Assembly (NCBI GenBank): GCA_964016885.1
Contig: OZ024742.1
Coordinates: forward strand, 59,644,001 to 59,708,000
From: Eledone cirrhosa
Lineage: Eukaryota
DNA length: 64,000 bases
Direction of reading: 5' to 3'
Position numbers and translations under genes: made by a program. This document shows, piece by piece, positions 40,694 through 51,449 of the stretch (positions within the stretch are counted from its first letter, which is position 1; each line of letters begins with the position of its first letter). The notes below the pieces were generated by a model. It worked only from the letters and a program-made list of their open reading frames with translations. It did no database searches and had not been told where the DNA came from.

Positions 40694-41382
40694 TCTCTCT
40701 GCGCGCGCACCCCACATCTCTCCTCTTCCGACCATCTCTTCGTGGAATACTCGTATGTGGAACTTGACCACCACGGAATCTACTAAACATCATAGGAATT
40801 TACCAACTTTTCAACCATCCTCTTACGGAATCACCTATATAACTCACCCACACACACACACCGCAAATTTTTTTTTCTTTTCTCCACACGCCACCTACAC
40901 CCACAACACGCTTAAACCCCACACACACGTGCTTTCCACCACATATTTACACCCTCAGCCTCCTGATTCCTCTCCCCCCACCCCTCTATCCACACACGCA
41001 CAGGCACTCCGACCTACAACCCCCCCCCCACACACACACACTTCTTCCTGAACATGCAACCCCGTTCTTCCCCCAACCCTTACTGTCACATACACACACA
41101 CACACACACGTACACCTACACACACACACCACCTTCAGCCCTCCCCGCTCGGACCCGCCCCTCCCCCTACACCCCCTCCCCCTCCCACCACCTCTTTTAC
41201 CCCTTTTTAATTTCAGTTTATTTTGATCATGCTTTTATATTTAATTTTATTTCATTCCTTGTATTTTGATCATGCTTTATTTTTATTTTTATTTTTAATT
41301 TCATTCGCACCGTTTCCTTTCGCTACATGTCTCTTTCACCACTCCCCTACACACCCTTTGAACTCTGTTCCCACACACTTCT

Positions 41383-41416
41383 CACCTGAAGAAGGGCTTA
41401 TGCCCGAAACGTCGTT
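41383..41416 (+). ncRNA. PLE-type HHR core at the end of a decayed PLE 3' fragment (~40700-41505)
   Basis: CTGAAGA-a-gggc-ttat-gccc-GAAA-cgtcg. Stem I is weak. aataaa downstream. Confidence 0.6.
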
Positions 41417-41503
41417 CCCCACCACCACCCCACTCTCCAGAGCGTGAAATTAATAAACATTCGTTGTACTGCCTCTCTGTTTTGTTCCTGTTCAAATTTT
41501 TCC

Positions 41504-41535
<32 letters not shown>

Positions 41536-41536
<1 letters not shown>

Positions 41537-43170
41537 AGGGAGTGTAACTTCTAGTTACTGTAGGTTCACCCGGGTGAGCACTCGATGTTTAGGTTCACTT
41601 CAGTGTCGAGGTGTAGAGCTAGTCAGAGTGTATTATAGTTAAAAGATAATAAGGATGATTGGTTATTCCTTCATTACATTTATTGGTTGGTGACGTGCGT
41701 TTCGCCACTGATCAACTCAAGGTTCGATCTGTATCGATCTTACCCGACTCTGTAATCTGCGGCTCGTCGGACTCCTTGTAATGCTAGTAAAATACGAATA
41801 CATGCTATATGATAAAGTCAGAAGTTCATATGCTGGTCAATAAAGTTTGTTTTGATTGGTGGATTATTTCATAGGGATATTTTTGCCTGTAGTGTATGTG
41901 GGTGGGTCGGTGTGGTGATAAGATGGTGATGACAGTCACAGGCTGAAATGGGCGGTGTTGTGGGGCTGCTGGTTGTCGGTAGACAGATTGGCATGTAGTT
42001 GAGTCTGATTTGTGTGTGTGGTGTGCGTGTGGTGTTGTTGTTTGTGGTAATGGTGTTTATGGTGGTGTGATGAATGTGTTGGTGGTGTCAATTTCAATAA
42101 GGAGATACATATATAGACACACTTAGTCTGACAAATATGTTGTATACATACACATGTGTATATATATATATATATATAGCGAGAGAGAGAGAGCGAGTGG
42201 AGAAGGCGTTGTATAAATATATATACCTACACACAGATACACACACATGCGTTGTTTAGGGATGGATGATATGTGTTGGTGATGATGATTATTGAAGTGT
42301 GGAGATGTGCCTGGTGGTGGCGGTGGTGGTGTGTGCGACAAAATATTTACAGGATCGAATTTTACGATGGATTACAGGTTAAAAAATGACATAGGGAACA
42401 CGGGGAAAACAAGGTTTTGAATGACGGATGGTGGATATATAGCGATGTGTATGGTGGGGGCGATGGGGTCATATGTTCGACATTATATATGCAGGATCGG
42501 ATGTTACGATGGTTTACAAGGTAAAACCTGACAGAGAGGAGAGATAGAACACAATGGTACTGAGATGAGGGATGTATGGCTATGTGTCTGTTGGTGGTAA
42601 TGGATGCGACATGATATTTACAAAATCTGAACTTACAAAGGTTACATGTTATATAAGACAAATGCACTGAGATGAGGGACGGTGTGGCAAGGCAAAGGTG
42701 GTTATCTATGTTGGGTCAGGGTTAGTGTGTCGTCCTTGGCCGAATGTTTGTGCAGAGAAGGTATTCAACCTGGTGTGTCTACAATTTATAATTATGTCAG
42801 ACCTAGAGTTTATGGCAGATTTCAATTTAATGATATCAGCCGCCTCGGCCAGGCATAACCTGCAGTGGTTTCTATCACTGGGGAGTTGGGCCTCCAGTTT
42901 TTTAACTGACAATATAATCTGGAATTCGATGTTCTTGTCTTTGAGGTACCAGATCAAGTCGGCTAGTCTAGTCTGAGATCGTTGAGCCTACATTTAAAGG
43001 AGCTTTTGTGGTTATACCAGCGCTCCTTAAACGTAGTCGAGGTCGCACATATATAGGAGTACTCTTTCTGCCAGCTGTGATATCGTACTGGTAAATAATG
43101 TTTATAACGAGGCACTCCCCGTTTAGTGGGCATTCTACCCGCTTATTGCAGTTGCAGTTGGGGTTCATAT
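41536..43170 (-). mobile_element. 5'-truncated PLE, probably Hydra-type (EN domain, 3' UTR, pseudo-LTR)
   Basis: CNCNKRVECPLNGECL linker, IIYQ, IWYLKDKNI, CRLCLAE, INSRSDIIINCRH. Frameshifted. Clade name from recalled motif descriptions. Confidence 0.78.
41689..41773 (-). ncRNA. HHR with extended stem II (core CCGACGA)
   Basis: Minus strand: agt-CCGACGA-gccgc-(50 nt)-gtggc-GAAA-cgcacg-TC-acc. Confidence 0.6.
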
Positions 43171-43379
43171 ATATATAGATTTCAACTTGTACACAAATTA
43201 TTTGACGACTCATTCTCCCTAGGGACTTTAGAATGAAGAACTGACCACGAATTGATTTTGCGTGTCTGTAACCCATTGATATAAACAATTATTTGGCGTG
43301 CAGCTCGTGTGTATGTGTAAATATATATCCCATGGACTAAGTGCTCTACCACTACGGATATTACCTTGCAGTGTTCTAC

Positions 43380-43423
<44 letters not shown>

Positions 43424-43486
43424 GTCCCAAGGCTCTGATACCATCAACACTATAAACACAGAGCTGGCATACCTAAGAACTGACTA

Positions 43487-43542
43487 ACTGCCTGATGAGG
43501 TCATAGCCATTCAATGGCTATCATCGAAATATATATAGCAGT
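43487..43542 (+). ncRNA. Type I HHR (TATATA stem III family)
   Basis: actgc-CTGATGA-ggt-ca-tagcca-ttcaa-tggcta-tc-atc-GAAA-tatata-TA-gcagt. Confidence 0.87.
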
Positions 43543-43583
43543 AAATAAAGGATTATGAGTTCATGCAATTGACTTATGTTTCG

Positions 43584-43650
<67 letters not shown>

Positions 43651-43654
<4 letters not shown>

Positions 43655-44120
43655 AAAGTATGTGTTCCTACATGTAATTAATACACACAGGGACACAAGT
43701 ATAGTTCGACCATATGCCAGTGTGGTTCAATGGAAAGTTAATGAATTAACAAGCCAGAACATATAAAATCAAGGGAGTGTAAACAGAAAATATCTTAAAA
43801 AATAAAAAATAAATTGTCTACCGTGCTTTTTGCCTTTGCACACGGTACCATGACAAAACTGTTTCATCATTCATTTGCTCTCATTCTGAGGCAGTTTGGA
43901 ATGGCGCCAGTTTGTAATTTTAACTCGGGAATTTTATATTCTCCGTGGGAGAAAAACCTTCTGACGATGATCTCTTTCTCAATAGAAATTCGCTTGGATT
44001 ATTTATTAGTTTGGGATCTGAAACCGCGGTAAGGGCACATATAGTAAGTACAGTGAAATTTCTTTGAATTTATTTATTATTTTTAAAGATATTTTCTGTT
44101 TACACTCCCTTGATTTTGTA
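43651..44120 (+). mobile_element. PLE pseudo-LTR module with inverted 5' part
   Basis: aaaatcaagggagtgtaaacagaaaatatctt is inverted at the right end. Homologous module at 47388-47972. Confidence 0.75.
43957..44035 (+). ncRNA. HHR with branched stem II insertion
   Basis: cctt-CTGACGA-t-gatctc-(two small hairpins)-gggatc-t-GAAA-ccgcgg-TA-aggg. Confidence 0.75.
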
Positions 44121-44136
44121 TATATATATAAATATA

Positions 44137-44347
44137 ACGAAGGAAGTGGGGTAAGGAGCCAGGTGGACCATAACGCACCAGAGTACTCAATATTTGGGTA
44201 GTAGAGTGGGTAATAGGAAAACGTTCAAGACCCCGACGGCAGAGCTCAAGCCTTTTCGATGGCTATTTCTGGACTAAAACTGTTTTAGTCCAGAAATAGC
44301 GGTCGGAAAGGCTTGAGCTCTGCCGTCGGGGTCTTGAACATTTTCAT
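44137..44347. mobile_element. Fold-back PLE pseudo-LTR fragment
   Basis: ~60 bp near-perfect palindrome arms centred at ~44281. Same family as 1817-1985. Confidence 0.75.
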
Positions 44348-44354
44348 ATATATA

Positions 44355-45620
44355 TTGTTATACTTGGGGAGGGTCATATTGTTATAATATTGCCGGAAAT
44401 AATAATAGAACACACTCACTGTTTGGTTTTGGCTGGTTTTCGCTTCTGTATCATTTATATCTCCATCGTTAATTTATTTAGCAATCAATGTTTATAATTG
44501 ATTGATGAACGGTTAAAAATACAGATATAAACATATATATATAGAGTCTATCAAAGTTCTTTTGTCACACATCTGTGACACCATCAGTGGTACTATTATG
44601 TTTCCTCACATTGTATTGTAAAGTCTACGCTGTTTTTATTTTATTTATTTATTTTTTCTTGTCTTTGTCTCTGCGCATGCGTTTGCGTGAGTGTTTAATG
44701 TTTGGTGTGTGTGTTCGCGTTTGAGTGAATGTGTTTTTGTTTTTGTATTCTATCTTTGTTCATTAGTGTGTGTTTATATCTGTTTGTTGGTATTGTACTC
44801 GTGTATATATTTATTTATTTATATTTCCCTTAAGTCAGTATTATGTGTTTGGGTGTGGTAATTGTTATTATTCCGTTCTTTCTTTCTGTTCAACTTCGGT
44901 CTTCTTAGTTGTATCTCAGTTGCTTCTCTGATTTGCCTACCTGTTGAGTCATTTCTATGCTTGGATATTATTTTAATTTCTATGTTATGTATATTACCGT
45001 CATGTGTTTGTCTGGCGTGTTCATATAGTACTGAACCGTTTTTGGTCCTTTTAGTTTCCTCCAGTTTTGGTCTATTCTTTCTCCTATGCTTCGAGCTGTC
45101 TCACCCATGTATGTCGTTGTCATGTTTCTGCAAGCACCCTCTGTACATCTTATGCTATAGACTACGATTCTAGTTTTAAAATTCATCTGGGGGTTCATTC
45201 TACATATAACACATTTCTTAAAGGCGTATGTCTTGCTGATCAGGGATTTTATGGTAGTTCCTGGCTTTTCTACCACTTTAATCTTTAGATGGGTCTTCCT
45301 TAGGACCTTTCTACATTGCTTAGCTAATTTTCCTCCACGAATATGACACTCTGGTTGTCGTACCATCAAGTGGCTTTCCCTATCTAATGTTTAGTCCTAT
45401 CTAAGCTATTCCATGATTTGCTCCTGTATAACGGGCGAATTCCTTTCATGTCTATTTCTATGAGGGTACTATATTTCTGCGCTGCTCCTTTGTATAATCT
45501 GATTCTGTCTCTTTGGTTGTAGCCAGAGAACTGCATGCGATTGATGAAGTGTTGGGTGTGTCTTTCCATTTCATTTCGGTCGCACATGTGGGACACATTC
45601 TTCATCACTCTTACCAAGTA
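44355..45620 (-). mobile_element. 5'-truncated PLE, probably Nematis-type (thumb/linker plus GIY-YIG)
   Basis: RMQFSGY, GIRPLYRSKSW, IKVVEKPG, VVYSIRC, YMGETARSIGER, RQIREA..I...RPKLN. HHR-like relic near 44545-44595. Confidence 0.8.
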
Positions 45621-46014
45621 TATCTATGTGTATCCATCTATGTATGTATGCATCAATGAATACAGTAATCTAGACAACCAGTCATTCTAACTGTTAGCAA
45701 TGTCATACATTTTGGCTTCTATTAATACACTCGGGAATTGTTTGATCAAATGCTTTGCTTATTTGTTTATTTATTTTTTTTTTTAAATCTTTCTCTTGAG
45801 ATATGTTTAAAGATATTTTTTGAAAGCAGAGCATGAGCCCCTAAAATATTACAGTGGGCTTCTGCAAGGGTACCGTGGGGGCGCTGGGACCCACCTGCCA
45901 TTAGGAAACCTGGCAACCTGGCCAGTCTGTCACTGCCTACACCATTTGTTTTTGTGAGTTGTTTCAGCTTTTTGTTCCCGTTATTAATGGTCTCATCATT
46001 CTCAGCACCAGAGA

Positions 46015-46096
<82 letters not shown>

Positions 46097-46964
46097 CTCT
46101 ATCTCTCTATCTCTCTATCTTTCTCTCCTTCTTTCTCTCCGTCTCTCTATATATATATACACACACAAATATATATAATAATAATAATAATTATATATAT
46201 ATATAAATACGTCTGTATGTGTTTGACTGGGTGTAGTTATATGTAGAGATATGGACGCACACATGCGCCGGCGCACACACATACACATTCATATATATAT
46301 ATATGTATAAGTATATATTTACATGTCTTTGCATATTTTTCGTAATGTACATGTGTGCACATATGGCTGCTTTTTTCTGTCTATGTGTATCTATATGGTT
46401 GTAGATGTATATGTTGGTTTCATTAACTCCATACACATATATGCTACGCATATGTGATGTGTGTATGTGAACGATTTGTTCTTCATACTGATGTTGTTGT
46501 GGAAGTAATACCGTACGATTTGTGAATGCTCAAAACCCAGCCGAGCATGAACCAGCCATTGTACATTTTAACGCAGACCCTTTTCACCCGCTCATACAGG
46601 TTTGCGTGGGAGAAGACGGCGCTTTGATTATGCTATGGATCTGTGGAAACGACACGATTCAAATCAACAGCTCTCAATATATATCAAATTGTTAGAATGA
46701 CCAAAGTGTAAAAATATAATCGATAATCAGAGCTACAATCCTGTCCTTCTCATATTTCACACCAGACATACAATATATATGCCTTGGAATGTTCTAGTCG
46801 GATTACAAAGATTAACATCATCGCTTGGAAACTCCATATCCGGCTAGTTCAAAGACATAAAATTTCTCTCACTTCGGTATAAAATGTTTCGGTTATTTAA
46901 GTAAGTTCATATCGATACCAATATTTGCGGCGGCAATATTGAAGAAGATGAGAATTATATACAT

Positions 46965-47112
<148 letters not shown>

Positions 47113-47387
47113 GCATATTTATAGAACTTATTTCATCAACAAATGTAATATCTTCTTATGTGGCGTAATTCATAATATTACACATATTTATCCAGAAGTT
47201 CTGCCGTCCGCCAGACGTATATTAATACAGAGAATACTGAAACCTATAAATATAAAAACAAAACACACTAAAATAGAACATTCCTATTTCTGAAGCCTAT
47301 GACCAAGTAAACGCTGTAATATCGATAATAATATGAATAAAAGCAGCTAGGTAAATAATATAGCAATATATATAGATATATTAATAA

Positions 47388-47972
47388 TAATAAAGTATGT
47401 GTTCCTACGTGTAAAAAATACATACAGGGATACAAGTATTATCCAACCGTATGCCAATGTGGTTCTATGGCAGGTTAATAAATTTACGAGCCAGAACATA
47501 TAAAATCAAGGTTTAGCAAATAGAGAAAAAGTTTTAAGTAAATTTTAAAAAGTTTGCTGTACTTACTATATGTACCTTTACCGCGCGGTTTCAAATCCCA
47601 AAATAAATGGATGGGTTGAGATAACATTTTGGTCATTTGAACTGCTGCTATTTCTAGTGGCAGGACATTGACCTGTCCGCCCTTGCCTTCTGTCTTTACA
47701 CTCGGCACTAGACAAAATTGATTCCTTCCTCATTCACTCTCATCCGGGAACAGTTTTGTATGGCGCCAGTTTGTGATTTGACCTCGGGAATTTTATATTC
47801 TCCGAGCGAGAAGAACCTTCTGACGAGTTCCCCTTCTCAATGGAAGTCCGCCTGGATTATCTATTTATTTTGGGATTTGAAACCGCGCGGTAAAGATACA
47901 TATAGTAAGTACAGCGAACTTTTTAAAATTTATTTAAAAACTTTTTCTCTCTTTGCTAAACCTTGATTTTAT
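47388..47972 (+). mobile_element. PLE pseudo-LTR module with ~110 bp inverted repeat and a branched HHR at 47816-47895
   Basis: 47500-47607 is inverted at 47864-47972. cctt-CTGACGA-gttccc...gggatt-t-GAAA-ccgcgcgg-TA-aag. Confidence 0.78.
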
Positions 47973-48644
47973 ATATATATATATATATTGTTTGTTTATT
48001 TATATCTTCGCATCTTTATTTGCCGTATTAATGCCTTTCCACGTACTCTACCTCTATACACCCATGTACTTTTTACTCCCCTTATTCGGACTTTTACTCG
48101 CGTGCACCCTTAGCACACGACACAGAATTGCCCCCCCCCCCCTCCCCGGAACATAAATACTGCAACCTGAACTATATTGTAATTCTCCTATGTCTTGATT
48201 TCTCCATCTTACTCCAACACCACTCTTGTTGGTTTATTTACATATTTATACCTATATATTGATATGTTTATATATTTATACCTCTGCAGTACCAATGTGC
48301 TCTTCCACGTATTCCACTTCTATGTATCCATGTATTTCTACTCCTCACATTGGGACCCGTACCCATTAGCAAACGACACTAGAATGTCTCCTCCTGAGAA
48401 CAAAAATTAAACATTACACGACTATATCCCGTACTCTACATCTCACTAGGATAAATTACAGATCTACATAATACAATTAACGTTTCTTCATAAAAGACTC
48501 TATTTAATTAAACCCCGCAACCCAAAACCTCATAGAAGTTATTTGAATGTTTAATCTTCAATTTTCTGTTTGTTCAATTCTCAATCTTCTTACTCCTTAG
48601 TTTTATAATGGTATTCTGAATTCTTTCAACTTCATCCGATAGAG

Positions 48645-50540
48645 TTAAGCAAAATTTTAAGGTTCCAACTTTCTGTCGGACTGTTGGGTGGGTTTTGATG
48701 GCGGCGCGACCGGCTCCCTGGCGAACGAGCTGACCTGGAGTGCTTGGAAAAACAAATTTCCCCTTCTTTCGGTAAATGAAAATACTCGGCGTGGCTTAGT
48801 TCGCCATGGGGCCCGGGGCGCGGCCGGTGTTTTAACCACCACATAGTACCTTTAAATTACAGAACAAATCGGAAATATTAGATATATCAACCTGAAAGTG
48901 TTAAACTGTTGAACTTTAAATTTTCTAACCTCTTTAATATTGTATATTGATTATTAATTTTTTAACTTCACCCTATAAGCCTAAACATTGTAACACACTG
49001 ACCCCCAATATATTCATCTCTGCTAAGATGCGGGTCACTGTGAACATTTCTCGCGCCACTCCTGGCCCGACTGTGGTGTGACATTAATATCGACCTTCCT
49101 TCCTCTCTCTTTCTATCTTCCTTCTTGTAGCCATCAACCATTACTCTTCTACTTCTCTAAGCAAAATTTGAAAGTTCCAACTTTCTGTCGGACTGTTGGG
49201 TGGGTTTTAATGGCGGCGCGACCAGCTTCCTGGCGCACGAGCTCACCTGGAGTGCTTGGAAAAATAAATTTCCCCTTCTTTCGGTAAATGAAAATACTCG
49301 GCGTAGCTTAATTCGCCATGGGGCCCTGAGCGCGGCCGGTGTTTTAACCGCCACATAGTACCTTTAAATTACAGAACAATTCGGAACTATTATCTATATA
49401 TATAAAACTGTGGTTGTCTGTCTGTCTATTGAGTTTTGGCACACATCTCCTCTTAGAATCTCTCACGGAATTGCACCGAAATTGCTATACTTGTACATTG
49501 AGCCCTAGCCAAGACATCGGAAAAAAAAAATTTCAAATTGACCCACCCTATGTGACGAAATCGAATATAATGTATCGATTTTTGAGCGTAAGTTATCAGT
49601 TATTTCCCTTTGTTCTGTTTACATTGAGCGTCTTACGTAAAAAATTACGCTGGCTTTCTCAGTTGTCGAGCCAGCAAAATATTGACCTGCAAAATTCATC
49701 AGTTCGAACACTAAGCTTCCGTTTTGCTTCATTTCCATTTAAAAGCATTTTAAAACAATATTTTTACTTGAAAACAAGTCTATTTAAAGACTACGTAAAA
49801 CAAGCAAATATTTCGTCGTTAGGCGTGCAGACAGACAGTCGTGCAGACAGATAGTCGTGCAGAGAGGTGATATAGGCGTGCAGACAGACAGTCGTGCAGA
49901 GAGGTGATATAGGCGTGCAGACAGACAGTCGTGCAGAGAGGTGATATAGGCGTGCAGACAGACATAACTGATAATTTGGTTACGCTAATGTTTTTCTCTG
50001 CGTTGCAGTGTTTACATTTTCGATCTTTGTTAATAAATAACCAGTGCAGTTTCTATCCCCAGCATCCTCTTTTGTTATAACATTCGGGTTATCGTTATGT
50101 TTTCTTAACTTCATAAGGCATATTGTTGGTCGAGGGAATATTAATCAAAAACACCACATGCAAGTCTGCACAGTAGACACTACAGTTTTTAAGCGAAGAA
50201 AGAAACTTAACATTGTAACTTTAACACAGCTACTGAGCGACCCCGAGCAACGCCGGGCTTTACTGCTAGTATAATATAAGTTAAACGATTGAACATTAAA
50301 TTTTCTAACCTCTTTAATATTGAATATTGATTATTAATTTTTTTTAACTTCATCCTAGAAGTCTAAACACTGTAACACAATGCCTCCCAATATATTCACC
50401 TCTGCTAAGATGCGGGTCCCTGTGAAAATTTTCTCGCGCCACTCCTGGCCTGACTGTGGTCTGACATTAATATCGACCTTTCTTCCTCTTTCTTTCTATC
50501 TTCCTTCTTGTAGCCATCAACCCTTACTTTTCCACTTCTC
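48645..50540 (+). repeat. Two-copy tandem repeat (~514 bp unit) with a GC-rich hairpin. Second copy split by a Helitron
   Basis: 48645-49157 matches 49159-49392 plus 50270-50540. Confidence 0.85.
49393..50269 (+). mobile_element. Complete non-autonomous Helitron
   Basis: A|TCtatatatataaaa 5' end, 3' hairpin cccgagcaacgccggg plus CTAG|T, no TSD. Empty site visible in the neighbouring repeat copy. Internal 37-bp minisatellite at ~49820-49963. Confidence 0.85.
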
Positions 50541-50930
50541 TCTTCTCTTCCTTCTCTTCTCCCCTCTTCCTGTCTTCCTCCCGCAGACTTATCTTCTTTC
50601 CCCCTCCTGCTTGCCTATATCTGACCAGTAGTAGTTGCCTTTCTTCTTTTAGCTGACATTAACCCCGGCTTCTCTTCTTCTTTCTTCCCCCTTCTTCTCT
50701 CTCCTTCCTTTCTTTCTTTCTTTTACCTTGTGTCATGAGATTGACGTTAACCTATGTTCCCATCCCTTTCTGTTTTCGTTTATCTGACCGGTAGTAGCAT
50801 ACTATAAACTTTAGCCACGTCACTCCAGGGCGACCGGCTGAGGTTGAAGGAACAGAATAGCGGTCGCCCTCGGGTCCTCGATTTTCAGCGCCATGGATTT
50901 TATCTATTACATTCACCTATTATATTTCGA

Positions 50931-50988
50931 ATACCTGATGATGTCACCGGATTCATACGGAACCCGGTCATTGAAATGATCATAGTAT
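50931..50988 (+). ncRNA. Type I HHR
   Basis: atac-CTGATGA-tg..accgg..ccggt-ca-tt-GAAA-tgatca-TA-gtat-aataaa. Confidence 0.75.
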
Positions 50989-51210
50989 AATAAACCTTTC
51001 AAGGATTTACACAAATCCAGCCTCCTGTCATTTCATTATAATATTTAACTCCGTAATAGCACCACCAACTACAAAAACAGAGACGGTTGAACTGCCTTAC
51101 GTTGAGTACTCTCTATATTATTGCATTACGATTGACCATACGGAATAGACCAGCTCTATACAGTGGTGAACCTCAAATCTGAATATATATTTATATATAT
51201 ATATATATAT

Positions 51211-51395
<185 letters not shown>

Positions 51396-51449
51396 GCTAA
51401 TAAGAAATGGAAAAATAATATACATAATACCAAAAATAGGACAAAAAAC

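Noticed and set aside
49820-49963. Regularly spaced 37-bp repeats resembling a CRISPR array
   Set aside because: No unique spacers and no cas genes. It is a minisatellite within a Helitron in eukaryotic DNA
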